Assembly: GCA_022706785.1 (NCBI GenBank)
Contig: JAKJBW010000008.1
Span: forward strand, 19,826 to 83,825
DNA: 64,000 nt
DNA from: Bacillota bacterium
Lineage (GTDB): Bacteria > Bacillota > Clostridia > UBA1381 > UMGS1253
Direction of reading: 5' to 3'
Each line of letters begins with the position of its first letter. Position 1 is the stretch's first letter. A program made the position numbers and the translations under genes. Below, in pieces: positions 50,878 through 60,542 of this stretch. The notes below the pieces were generated by a model. The model did not search any database and was not told the DNA's origin. It saw only the letters and a program-made list of their open reading frames with translations.

Positions 50878-50991
50878 GTGAAGGTTAGACCGTCTGTAAA
50901 ACCAATATGCGAGAAGTGCAAAATGATTAAAAGAAAAGGCAAGATCATGGTGATCTGCGAAAACCCCAAGCATAAGCAAAAGCAAGGCTGA
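50878..50991 (+). CDS. rpmJ: 50S ribosomal protein L36 (zinc-ribbon form)
   Basis: Not in the ORF track because it is only 37 aa. GTG 50878 follows AAGGAGG. The translation is (M)[36 protein letters not shown]. Confidence 0.95.
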   Translation: MKVRPSVKPICEKCKMIKRKGKIMVICENPKHKQKQG

Positions 50992-51243
50992 GTGGTTATG
51001 GCGGCGTCTTGATTTAACAATGGGCCGGGACGCCTTATCAGGACTTTTTGTTTGCCTATAACCTGTCTGGGTGCGGCTGCACCGCACAGACGGTGAACCC
51101 GTGCAGGTTTTGTATATGACGCTGATGCGGTTTAGCGCATCTTTGTCGTTAACGCTTTCATCAAGCGTTAGGGCCGGATAACCGGCCTTGAAAAATCGGT
51201 ATAATAGTAATTTGAGTTTAAGTAATCAGGAGGTGTAAAAGTT

Positions 51244-51612
51244 ATGGCAAGAATAGCCGGTGTCGATTTACCCAGAGAAAAACGGGTAGAAATAGGTCTT
51301 ACGTACATTTTTGGAATTGGAAGAAGCACATCTGAAAAGATTCTTAAGCAAACGGGTATCAGTCCCGATACGCGTGTGAAGGATTTGACCGATGACGAGG
51401 TCAGCAAGCTGCGTGAGGCGATAGACGCGTCCTATACGGTGGAAGGCGACCTTCGCCGCCAGGTAGCGCTCGATATCAAGAGACTGATGGAAATTGGCTG
51501 CTATCGCGGAATCAGGCACAGAAAAGGTCTGCCTGTGCGCGGTCAGAGAACCAAGACAAATGCAAGGACCAGAAAAGGCCCTGCCAGGACTATTGCTAAC
51601 AAGAAGAAGTGA
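51244..51612 (+). CDS. rpsM: 30S ribosomal protein S13
   Basis: Begins [26 protein letters not shown]. Confidence 0.98.
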   Translation: MARIAGVDLPREKRVEIGLTYIFGIGRSTSEKILKQTGISPDTRVKDLTDDEVSKLREAIDASYTVEGDLRRQVALDIKRLMEIGCYRGIRHRKGLPVRGQRTKTNARTRKGPARTIANKKK

Positions 51613-51632
51613 TAAAGGAGGGATAAAGGTAA

Positions 51633-52034
51633 ATGGCTAAGACTACGACAAAAAGAACTACCCGCACTAAGCGCAGGGAAAGAAAGAATATAGAAAGAGG
51701 CGCAGCCCATATTCGCTCCACATTCAACAACACCATCGTGACCATTACCGATGTGGCGGGCAATGCAATTTCCTGGGCAAGCGCAGGCGGCTTAGGCTTT
51801 CGCGGCTCAAGAAAAAGCACGCCTTTTGCCGCTCAGATGGCAGCTGAAACCGCTGCAAAAACTGCGATGGAGCATGGACTCAAGAGCATAGAGGTGTTTG
51901 TGAAGGGGCCCGGCGCAGGCAGAGAAGCGGCCATCCGTGCGCTGCAGTCGGCGGGGCTTGAGATTAATATGATTAAGGATGTTACCCCGATTCCGCATAA
52001 CGGATGCAGACCCCCCAAAAGAAGACGCGTCTGA
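51633..52034 (+). CDS. rpsK: 30S ribosomal protein S11
   Basis: Contains [16 protein letters not shown] and ends [16 protein letters not shown]. Confidence 0.98.
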   Translation: MAKTTTKRTTRTKRRERKNIERGAAHIRSTFNNTIVTITDVAGNAISWASAGGLGFRGSRKSTPFAAQMAAETAAKTAMEHGLKSIEVFVKGPGAGREAAIRALQSAGLEINMIKDVTPIPHNGCRPPKRRRV

Positions 52035-52176
52035 CGGAATTGGTTTTATACGGTTGCAGATAGATTGATGATTTATAAAAGCAGGCATAGCGCAGGGCTG
52101 CTGTCTATTTTCTTTGGACTTATCTTTGGTGCCCGGCGTTATGCAAACGAAATTTTGATGGAGGTGTAACAAATAC

Positions 52177-52797
52177 ATGGCTAGATATACTGGTGCGGTA
52201 TGTCGTCTGTGCCGTCGTGAGGGGCAAAAGCTCTTTTTGAAAGGGCAGAGATGCTATACCGACAAATGTGCTGTAAAAAGAGGCACTCCGGGTCAGCACG
52301 GACAGAGCAGAAGAAAGATGTCCGAATACGGGCTTCAGCTCAGAGAGAAACAAAAGGCAAAAAGATACTACGGGCTTTTGGAAAGCCAGTTTCGAAAATA
52401 TTTTGAGATGGCCAATAAAATGAAGGGCGTTACCGGTGACAATCTGCTCATGCTTTTAGAGAGCAGACTGGACAATGTTGTTTACCGTCTTGGTTTTGCA
52501 ACGTCCCGTCCCGAGGCAAGACAGCTTGTTTTACACGGCCATTTTGACGTGAACGGCAAGAGGGTGGATATTCCTTCCTATCTGATGTCGGTAGGGGATG
52601 TTATCTCAATTCGCGATAAGTCTAAGGCTTCCGCTAAAATCAAAGACGTTTTGGAAATCACCGATTCAAAACTGATTCCCAAGTGGCTTGAGTTAAACCG
52701 TGACGCGCTCGAGGCTAAGGTTGTCGCTTTGGCCGGCAGAGACGATATTGACCTGCCGCTTGAGGAACATTTGATTGTTGAGTTGTACTCCAAATAA
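52177..52797 (+). CDS. rpsD: 30S ribosomal protein S4
   Basis: Begins [31 protein letters not shown]. Confidence 0.98.
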   Translation: MARYTGAVCRLCRREGQKLFLKGQRCYTDKCAVKRGTPGQHGQSRRKMSEYGLQLREKQKAKRYYGLLESQFRKYFEMANKMKGVTGDNLLMLLESRLDNVVYRLGFATSRPEARQLVLHGHFDVNGKRVDIPSYLMSVGDVISIRDKSKASAKIKDVLEITDSKLIPKWLELNRDALEAKVVALAGRDDIDLPLEEHLIVELYSK

Positions 52798-52858
52798 TCG
52801 GCTGCATTTTAAGGCAGGATTAGTTGTTCCACTATGTGGGTAAGGAGGGATACTGTTA

Positions 52859-53809
52859 ATGATTGAAATAGAGAAACCCAGAGTAGAATGTTTGGAAATG
52901 TCCCAGGATTCATGTTACGGCAGATTTATGGTGGAACCCTTGGAGCGCGGATACGGCACAACCCTTGGTAATTCCCTCAGGAGGATACTCTTGTCCTCAC
53001 TTCCGGGCGCGGCTGTAAACTCGGTCAAGATAGACGGCGTGCTGCATGAGTTTTCGGTGATCCCCGGTGTTAAAGAAGACGTGACGGAGATCGTATTGAA
53101 CATAAAGGGCATTGCGGCTAAGCTGCATGGCGATTCGCCCAAGGTTTTATACATTGACGCACAGGGTCCGTGTGTGGTGACGGCTGCGGATATCAAGGCC
53201 GACGCTGATGTGGAGATAGCAAACCCCGACCTTTATATTGCCACCATCAATGAGGACAGCAGGCTGTATATGGAGATGACGCTGTCAAAGGGCAGGGGAT
53301 ATGTTGCCGCGGAAAAAAACCGTGCCATCATACAGCCTATTATTGGCGTGATTCCTGTCGATTCCATCTACACACCTGTGTCCAAGGTAAACTATAAGGT
53401 AGAGCCGGCACGCGTAGGCGCTGTGACCGACTATGATAAGCTTACCATTGAGGTGTGGACAAACGGCACCATCATGCCCGACGAGGCGGTGAGCCTTGCC
53501 GCTAAGATCATGAGCGAGCATCTGGCACTGTTTATTGACCTTTCGGACGGTGCAAGAGATGTGGAAATCATGGTGGAAAAGGAAGAGAGCAAGAAGGAAA
53601 AAGTGCTTGAAATGACGATAGAGGAACTGGATTTATCGGTTCGCTCATACAACTGCTTGAAGCGTGCGGGAATTAATACCGTGGAAGACCTTGCTAACAA
53701 AACCGAAGAGGATATGATGAAGGTAAGGAATCTGGGCCGCAAATCGCTTGAAGAGGTCATGAACGAGCTGGAAGCGCTTAGTCTTTCCTTGCGTAAGGAA
53801 GAAGAATAA
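52859..53809 (+). CDS. rpoA: DNA-directed RNA polymerase alpha subunit
   Basis: The N-terminus contains [30 protein letters not shown]. The C-terminal domain contains [17 protein letters not shown]. Confidence 0.98.
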   Translation: MIEIEKPRVECLEMSQDSCYGRFMVEPLERGYGTTLGNSLRRILLSSLPGAAVNSVKIDGVLHEFSVIPGVKEDVTEIVLNIKGIAAKLHGDSPKVLYIDAQGPCVVTAADIKADADVEIANPDLYIATINEDSRLYMEMTLSKGRGYVAAEKNRAIIQPIIGVIPVDSIYTPVSKVNYKVEPARVGAVTDYDKLTIEVWTNGTIMPDEAVSLAAKIMSEHLALFIDLSDGARDVEIMVEKEESKKEKVLEMTIEELDLSVRSYNCLKRAGINTVEDLANKTEEDMMKVRNLGRKSLEEVMNELEALSLSLRKEEE

Positions 53810-53900
53810 ATTTATGCCAGCGCCGGACAGAGCTGTGGTTTATTGTTAAAGGCCAGATGTTCGGACAAAAGCAAATTTTAGCCAAAGGAGGTATAGCGAT

Positions 53901-54242
53901 ATGCCAGGAACGAGAAAATTAGGCCGTCCTACCGATCAGAGAAGGGCAATGCTGCGTAATCTGGTCACCAGCTTTTTGGAATCGGGCAGGATAGAAACAA
54001 CCGTTACCCGTGCCAAGGAAACGAGAAGCATGGCTGAAAAGATGATTACGCTGGGAAAAGAAAACACATTGCATGCAAGACGTATGGCATTGGCATATAT
54101 CACAAAGGAAGATGTGGTAACCAAGCTGTTTAGTGAGATTGCGCCGAAATATGCAGACAGAAACGGCGGATATACCAGGATTTTAAGGACTGCGCCAAGA
54201 CGCGGTGACGCCGCTGAAATGGCAATTTTAGAGCTGGTTTAG
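53901..54242 (+). CDS. rplQ: 50S ribosomal protein L17
   Basis: Contains [29 protein letters not shown]. Confidence 0.98.
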   Translation: MPGTRKLGRPTDQRRAMLRNLVTSFLESGRIETTVTRAKETRSMAEKMITLGKENTLHARRMALAYITKEDVVTKLFSEIAPKYADRNGGYTRILRTAPRRGDAAEMAILELV

Positions 54243-54282
54243 GTTTACACAAAGCCTGTCGCCATTTAACATCAAATAAAGA

Positions 54283-54315
54283 CGGACCGCCACAGCTTGC
54301 TGGCGGTCTGTTTTA
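54283..54315 (+). terminator. intrinsic terminator ending the alpha operon
   Basis: CGGACCGCCA-CAGCTTGC-TGGCGGTCTG (with one G-U pair) followed by TTTT. Confidence 0.75.
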
Positions 54316-54428
54316 TAGCAAAAGGCAGGAATATTGCAGGTTATTTTGATTAACAAAATGGCTGGCTTGGATTTATACAGCCGTCTTAATAATTTCCACA
54401 AAACTTGATAAAGAATGGGATAAAGTTG

Positions 54429-54457
54429 TTGACATACCTGTCTGTAAGTGTTATATT
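54429..54457 (+). promoter_or_regulatory. candidate sigma-A promoter for the GH-like gene
   Basis: TTGACA (54429-54434), a 17-nt spacer, then TATATT (54452-54457). Confidence 0.55.
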
Positions 54458-54504
54458 CTCTCTGAGTAAAACTAAATCAAGATGAATTTATTTGGAGGTG
54501 CCTT

Positions 54505-55863
54505 ATGAGAAACTTTAACGGACCGCTCAGGGTTTGCCCTGCTAACCCGAGGTATTTTACTGATGATGGCGGCAAGCCTATCTACCTTACCGGCTCTCAT
54601 ACGTGGACAGTCCTTCAGGATAGAGGTGTAACAAATCCCCCGCCTGCCTATGACTATACCGGGTTTCTTGATATGATGCAGAACTACAACCATAATTTTA
54701 TGCGGTTCTGGGCAATAGAAACATCGGCATGCCAAGGCAAGGACCCCAAGGACCCTACGTTTACGGATCCTATGCCGTATGAGGCTACCGGTCCGGGTAC
54801 GGCTTTTGACGGCAGGCCAAAATTTGACCTTACCCGGTTTAACCAGGCTTATTTTGACAGGCTAAGGGCAAGGGTAATACAGGCGGGTGAAAGAGGTATA
54901 TACTGTGCCGTTATGCTTTTCCAGGGCTTTAGCGTTGACGCTAAGGGAAGCCTTAGTAACCGTAATCCCTGGGTAGGGCATCCTTTTCACAGGGATAACA
55001 ACATTAACGGTATTGACGGCGATCCGGAAAATACGGGCGAAGGGAAAAAAACGCATACGCTTGACATTCGTGAGATCACTAATATTCAGAAAGCATATGT
55101 CAGAAAAGTCATTGATACGGTCAATGATCTTGATAATGTGCTTTATGAGATATCGAACGAAAGCGGAGACTATTCCTGTCAATGGCAATATGAAATGATC
55201 AGATATGTTAAGGAATATGAATCCTGCAAACCTGTAGTACATCCCGTGCTCATGACATATTTTTTCCCCGGCGGCAACAATGAAGCCTTATTCAACAGCG
55301 CGGCAGACGCCATAAGTCCCTCAGGGTCACATAAGGGTATAGAATGGGCGCTCGTCCCGCCTGCGGCAGACGGCAGCAAAGTACTCCTGCCCGATACCGA
55401 CCATATATGGGGAATGGGCGGCAGCAGCACATGGGTCTGGAAATGCTTTGTGAGCGGCTCAAATCCTATATTTATGGACTTTTATCCCGAACAAAGGGCG
55501 CCTATGCATAACCATGCAGGCTGGGGTGATGACTGGGCTGAGCCGGCGCGCAGGGCGATGGGCGACACCAGAAAGCTGTCGCAAAGGATTAATCTTGCAG
55601 GGATGGTGCCCTTTAGTCAAGCCAGTTCCACGCGTTACTGTCTTGCACAGCCGGGCGTTGAATATGTTGTTTATCAGCCTGAGGTAGGCCCGTTCGATGT
55701 GTATCTGGAAGGTGCAGCTGGTACGTTCAGCTTTGAATGGTTTGATCCGAATACAAGCAAAACAATAGAAGGCGGAACTGTAGAAGGCGGACGTTTCATC
55801 TATTTCCAGCCTCCGTTCAGAGGGGACTGTGTGCTTCATCTCAAAAAAACAGCATCGTCTTGA
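54505..55863 (+). CDS. putative TIM-barrel (clan GH-A-like) glycoside hydrolase; family uncertain (GH5 / DUF4038-like)
   Basis: A 452-aa cytoplasmic protein with no signal peptide. It contains NHNFMRFW and a YEISNES (NE acid/base-like) motif, plus a beta-rich C-terminal domain. The assignment is by motif resemblance only. Confidence 0.45.
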   Translation: MRNFNGPLRVCPANPRYFTDDGGKPIYLTGSHTWTVLQDRGVTNPPPAYDYTGFLDMMQNYNHNFMRFWAIETSACQGKDPKDPTFTDPMPYEATGPGTAFDGRPKFDLTRFNQAYFDRLRARVIQAGERGIYCAVMLFQGFSVDAKGSLSNRNPWVGHPFHRDNNINGIDGDPENTGEGKKTHTLDIREITNIQKAYVRKVIDTVNDLDNVLYEISNESGDYSCQWQYEMIRYVKEYESCKPVVHPVLMTYFFPGGNNEALFNSAADAISPSGSHKGIEWALVPPAADGSKVLLPDTDHIWGMGGSSTWVWKCFVSGSNPIFMDFYPEQRAPMHNHAGWGDDWAEPARRAMGDTRKLSQRINLAGMVPFSQASSTRYCLAQPGVEYVVYQPEVGPFDVYLEGAAGTFSFEWFDPNTSKTIEGGTVEGGRFIYFQPPFRGDCVLHLKKTASS

Positions 55864-55948
55864 TACGTTTATAGATGGATAAAAAACTTTAAAAGGCTTT
55901 TCTTAACACAGCGGATAGCATCTCTTACCTATAATTTGTGGCAAGGTA

Positions 55949-55977
55949 TTGACAAATACTGACTTCTGTTTTAATAT
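55949..55977 (+). promoter_or_regulatory. candidate sigma-A promoter for the KimA-like gene
   Basis: TTGACA (55949-55954), a 17-nt spacer, then TAATAT (55972-55977). Confidence 0.5.
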
Positions 55978-56091
55978 TGATGTGTTCTTAAAATGAGCAT
56001 AAGCAATATAGCTGAAACACTTAATTTGAACCGTGTTTTAAGTAATTTTCCTGATGCTTTGTCATAATATTTATGTTAAGGAGAATTTTTA

Positions 56092-57948
56092 ATGCTTAAA
56101 AATTTAAAAAGAGTGCTCATAGGGAGGCCTCTGAAAAACGAGGCTATGGGAAAAGAACAGTTTGGGATCATTTGGGGACTGCCTATCCTGGCCAGCGACG
56201 CGATATCATCCGTCGCATACGCAGGGCAGGAAATCTTGCTTGTTTTGGTTCCCGCAATAGGCCTTCTTGCATTTAAGCAACTGACATTTATTTCTGCTGC
56301 CATCATAGGCCTGCTTATTTTGCTCACACTTTCCTACAGGCAGACAATTGAGAATTATCCTAACGGAGGCGGAGCCTATATCGTCGCCAAAGAAAATCTG
56401 GGCATTATTGCAGGGGTTACAGCCGGGGCGGCCTTGTCTGTCGACTATATCTTGACGGTTGCGGTTAGTGTTTCGTCAGGTGTGGAGCAGATAACCTCCG
56501 CATTTTTACCGCTTCGCCCGTATACCGTTATTATCAGTGTGGCGATGGTGGCTTTGCTGATGGTGGGCAACCTACGTGGTACCAGGGAATCTTCAAGGAT
56601 ATTTGGTATCCCTACTTATGCTTTTATTGTTGCAATCCTGTCTATGCTGGTTGTTGGTTTTATGAAGTATAAGGGTGGATATGTCCCACCCGCGCCAACC
56701 GTTAAATCACTTGGGGAGCCGATAACCATGATTTTGCTGTTGAAAGCCTTTTCAAATGGCTGTACGGCACTGACAGGCGTAGAAGCTGTGAGCAATGCCG
56801 TACCAAATTTCAAGGAGCCTTCGACAAAGCATGCTCGTACGGTTCTTTTATTGTTGTCCGTCATTATTCTCGTTCTATTTGGCGGAATATCGCTTCTTGC
56901 AAATATATACCGTGTTGAGCCCGGCAAAGAGGCCATGCTGATTATGATGGCAGAGCAGATTTTCGGCAGAGGGTTTATGTTTTACTATATCACTGTAACA
57001 ACGTTTGTTATCTTGATTATGGCGGCGAATACGGCATATTCAGGTTTTCCTCTTCTCGTTGCCGTCATGGCCAGGGAAGGCTACGTTCCAAGGCAATTGA
57101 GAATGAGGGGGGACAGACTGAGCTATTCCAATGGTATTGTACTCCTTTCAACCGTATCAGCGCTTCTGATTGTGGCGTTTAATGCAAATGTATCTTCCCT
57201 GATCGGGTTATACGCCATAGGTGTTTTTATATCCTTCACCCTGTCGCAAACCGGAATGTTAAAAAAATGGATAAGGGATCGCGGTAAGCATTGGTTTCCA
57301 AAGGCGCTTGTCAACGGCGTAGGCGGATTGGCTACGGCAATAGCGGTAGTAATTATTGCTTTCACTAAATTCGAGGAAGGCGCATGGCTTGTCGTAATCC
57401 TTATCCCACTCCTGGTATACCTAATGCTCAAGGTGAAAAAGCACTATATGTCTGTCAGGAATCAACTACGGATTCCTCCCGAAGAGCTGGACAAAATAGA
57501 AATAGAAAGCGACAGGTATACCAACCGCGTCATTGTGCCCATAGAAAGCATCAATAAATCAAGCGTGCGTGCGCTCAGATTTGCAAAAACGATTGCGGAG
57601 AATATAGTTGCCTTTAGCGTGGCAACTGATGAGGAAAGCGGCAAAGAAATAAAGGAACGGTATTCTAAGCTTAAAACCGATATACCGCTTATTGTGAAAT
57701 ATTCACCTTTTAGAAAAGTGGTAGAGCCTTTGCTGAAATTCATTGAATCTGCAGAGTACGATTATAAAAAGGGGGATATGATCACCGTAATACTTCCCCA
57801 ATTTACGGTGAGCAGGTGGTGGCATAACCTCTTGCACAACCAGACCAGAATATTTTTGGAACGGGAGCTGCTCAAGCACAAGCATATTGTGGTTGCCGTG
57901 ATGCCGCTTAGGCTGAAAGATGATAAGGCAACCGAATCCGGCCGCTGA
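56092..57948 (+). CDS. kimA: KimA-type (APC superfamily) K+/H+ symporter with a cytoplasmic C-terminal domain
   Basis: A 618-aa protein. KRVLIGRPLKNEA, SDAISSVAYAGQEIL, YPNGGGAYIVAKENLG, LLLKAFSNGCTALTGVEAVSNAVPNFKEP and VILPQFTVSRWWHNLLHNQ align with my recollection of B. subtilis KimA (YdaO). Confidence 0.75.
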   Translation: MLKNLKRVLIGRPLKNEAMGKEQFGIIWGLPILASDAISSVAYAGQEILLVLVPAIGLLAFKQLTFISAAIIGLLILLTLSYRQTIENYPNGGGAYIVAKENLGIIAGVTAGAALSVDYILTVAVSVSSGVEQITSAFLPLRPYTVIISVAMVALLMVGNLRGTRESSRIFGIPTYAFIVAILSMLVVGFMKYKGGYVPPAPTVKSLGEPITMILLLKAFSNGCTALTGVEAVSNAVPNFKEPSTKHARTVLLLLSVIILVLFGGISLLANIYRVEPGKEAMLIMMAEQIFGRGFMFYYITVTTFVILIMAANTAYSGFPLLVAVMAREGYVPRQLRMRGDRLSYSNGIVLLSTVSALLIVAFNANVSSLIGLYAIGVFISFTLSQTGMLKKWIRDRGKHWFPKALVNGVGGLATAIAVVIIAFTKFEEGAWLVVILIPLLVYLMLKVKKHYMSVRNQLRIPPEELDKIEIESDRYTNRVIVPIESINKSSVRALRFAKTIAENIVAFSVATDEESGKEIKERYSKLKTDIPLIVKYSPFRKVVEPLLKFIESAEYDYKKGDMITVILPQFTVSRWWHNLLHNQTRIFLERELLKHKHIVVAVMPLRLKDDKATESGR

Positions 57949-57986
57949 TTGCCTGTCAAGCTTAGCCTGTCAATAATCAATAGAAG

Positions 57987-58027
57987 AAAAGCCCAAAAGC
58001 TTTGCGGTGTAAAGCTTTTGGGCTTTT
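57987..58027. terminator. bidirectional intrinsic terminator between convergent kimA-like and nadC genes
   Basis: A perfect 17-bp stem, AAAAGCCCAAAAGCTTT / AAAGCTTTTGGGCTTTT, with loop GCGGTGT. Confidence 0.85.
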
Positions 58028-58097
58028 CATAGTTTAAAGTGATTTTTATCGCAAAAAAACATTTGCAAATGCCCGGAAAAAAAAGCAGCATTGGCTA

Positions 58098-58934
58098 CTA
58101 CAAGGAAAATCTAAGGCTGATATCCATGGCTTTGACGCTGTGGGTAAGCGCTCCGATGGAAATGATGTCTACGCCTGTCCGGGCCACGCTTAACAAATCC
58201 TTTTCACCCATGTTTCCGGAGGCTTCGACAAGTGCTCTGCCATCGATCAGTTCAACTGCCTTTTTCATGTCTTCATTCGTCATGTTATCCAGCATGATAA
58301 TATCGGCCTTGCATGCCAGGGCTTCGTTTATCATATCAAAGTTTTCCGCTTCCACCTCAATTTTCAGCGTGTGAGGCGAATTTTTTCTGGCTGCGGTTAC
58401 GGCTGCGGTGATTCCGCCTGCCGCCTGTATGTGATTGTCCTTGATAAGGATGCCGTCCGCAAGGTTGTAGCGGTGATTGGAGCCGCCGCCTGTTTTGACC
58501 GCGTACTTATCCAACGCCCTTAGCCCGGGCGTTGTTTTCCTGGTGTCTGCGATAACCGCATGGGTGCCTTTAATCGCCTCTGCGCATTCGTGTGTACGGG
58601 TGGCGATTCCCGACATCCGCTGTAAAAAGTTGAGCGCAACCCGCTCACCGGACAGGATGTTTTGCGCATTACCGAAGATTTCGGCAATAATATCGCCTTT
58701 GGCGGCTTTATACCCGTCGCCGGCAAAAACATTGATTTGAACCAGGCTGTCGAGCAGTTCAAATACACGCTGTGCGACACCAATCCCGCAGATAATGCCG
58801 TCTTCCTTGGCAATAAATCTGCCGGTGATTTTTTTGTCCTTAGGAATGGTCGACAGCGTTGTAATATCGCCTGTTCCTATATCTTCGGCTAAAGCGTTTT
58901 GTATGATTTTGTCCAGTATAAACGTATTTAACAT
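58098..58934 (-). CDS. nadC: nicotinate-nucleotide diphosphorylase (carboxylating)
   Basis: A 278-aa protein containing the DTRKTTPGLR, IKDNH and MLDNM motifs. Confidence 0.95.
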   Translation of the reverse strand: MLNTFILDKIIQNALAEDIGTGDITTLSTIPKDKKITGRFIAKEDGIICGIGVAQRVFELLDSLVQINVFAGDGYKAAKGDIIAEIFGNAQNILSGERVALNFLQRMSGIATRTHECAEAIKGTHAVIADTRKTTPGLRALDKYAVKTGGGSNHRYNLADGILIKDNHIQAAGGITAAVTAARKNSPHTLKIEVEAENFDMINEALACKADIIMLDNMTNEDMKKAVELIDGRALVEASGNMGEKDLLSVARTGVDIISIGALTHSVKAMDISLRFSL

Positions 58935-58981
58935 AAGCCGCTACTCCTTCTGAGGGATGCTGATATTATCTGAAGCATACC

Positions 58982-60532
58982 CTAATTATCGTCGCTTCTG
59001 AAATGAGCGCCAATGCTTTTTTTGCGTGCAATGGCGGCATTGATAACAGCAATCGCGACAGTTGACATGTTAAGCGTTTCTGTTTCCGTTACATTGGTAA
59101 GCACAACACCGGACAGCTTATCATAATAATCCTGCATGACGGCAAGAGCCTTTTGCATATCCCCGCCGTTTCTGATAATTCCGCACTGCTTTGTCATAGT
59201 ATCTCTAATATTAAAGCGGACTGTAGAAATATCAAGCTCATTTTCACGTTTGCTTATGGGGCAGAAGTCAGGCTGTTTTGCTGTTCTTATGTTGATGTCC
59301 CGGGCGGCGCGCCTGCCGAAAACAAGGCATTCAAGCAATGAATTGCTTGCCAGACGATTGGCGCCATGGACGCCTGTTGAGGCGTTCTCTCCGCAGGCGT
59401 ACAGTCCGCTGACAGTAGTCCTGCCGTCGGTATCCGTTTTTATCCCGCCCATGAAATAATGCTGGACGGGAATAACCGGAATCCAGTTAATCGCTATGTC
59501 GATATCATACTTCATGCACTCGCCGTATATGGTAGGAAACCGCTTTTGCAAAAATTCTCTTGATTTTTGGGTGATATCAAGATACACATTGGGCAGGTTA
59601 TGTTTTTTCATTTCACTGATAATCGCCCTGGAAACAATATCGCGGGGGGCAAGATCCGCCAAGGGATGGACGTCTTTCATAAACGCTTCCCATTTTCTGT
59701 TGCGAAGGATTGCGCCCTCGCCCCGGAGGGCTTCGGAGATCAGGAAGTACCTGCCGCTTAGCCCCGGATGGATAAGCGCTGTGGGGTGGAACTGCACAAA
59801 TTCCATATTGGCCACCTGTGCGCCTGCCCTGATGGCCGCGGCAATTCCGTCGCCTGTCAGGGAAATGGCATTGGTGCTGTTCCGGTATACTCTTCCGATG
59901 CCGCCTGTGGCAAGTATGACGTTGGCGGTATTTATCCTCAGATATTTACCGTCCGAATCCTGCAGGATTACGCCGCATACCGAGTGATTGCAGTCTGTTA
60001 AAATGTCTGCAAGCGCAAAGCCTTCCATCGGGTGCAGGTTTTTTCTTTTGGCAAGGCAATTTTGCAAGACCTTTGTAACATGAAAGCCTGTCGCGTCGCC
60101 ATGGCAGTGCAGTATCCTGTTGCAGCTGTGGGCGCCTTCTCTGGTAATAGAAAGCTTGCCGCTCTCATCAGTGTCAAAGGCAACGCCCAGCTTCATCAAA
60201 TGGCTGATGTCTTCCGGCCCTTCTTCGACAAGGATCTCCACGGCTTTAATATCGCAAAGCCCTGCTCCGGCCACCAACGTATCCTCAATGTGTTTTTCCA
60301 CGCTGTCTTCCATCGAAATAACCGAGGCAATACCGCCCTGCGCAAAGATGGAGTTTGAGTCATTCGAACCCCTTTTATTGATGATGGCACAGCGCAGTCC
60401 GGCGTCAAGATTAAGTGCAGAGTAAATGCCTGCAATTCCCGCGCCAATGATAACGACATCAAAATCCTTGCTTGGTACGCAGGACAGATCCTCATTAAAA
60501 GCATATGTTCTCAAAGCAGATTTTCCTTTCAT
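58982..60532 (-). CDS. nadB: L-aspartate oxidase
   Basis: Contains the FAD motif DVVIIGAGIAGIYSAL and shows similarity to the succinate dehydrogenase/fumarate reductase flavoprotein family. It sits between nadA and nadC. Confidence 0.93.
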   Translation of the reverse strand: MKGKSALRTYAFNEDLSCVPSKDFDVVIIGAGIAGIYSALNLDAGLRCAIINKRGSNDSNSIFAQGGIASVISMEDSVEKHIEDTLVAGAGLCDIKAVEILVEEGPEDISHLMKLGVAFDTDESGKLSITREGAHSCNRILHCHGDATGFHVTKVLQNCLAKRKNLHPMEGFALADILTDCNHSVCGVILQDSDGKYLRINTANVILATGGIGRVYRNSTNAISLTGDGIAAAIRAGAQVANMEFVQFHPTALIHPGLSGRYFLISEALRGEGAILRNRKWEAFMKDVHPLADLAPRDIVSRAIISEMKKHNLPNVYLDITQKSREFLQKRFPTIYGECMKYDIDIAINWIPVIPVQHYFMGGIKTDTDGRTTVSGLYACGENASTGVHGANRLASNSLLECLVFGRRAARDINIRTAKQPDFCPISKRENELDISTVRFNIRDTMTKQCGIIRNGGDMQKALAVMQDYYDKLSGVVLTNVTETETLNMSTVAIAVINAAIARKKSIGAHFRSDDN

Positions 60533-60542
60533 TTAGCGGGCC

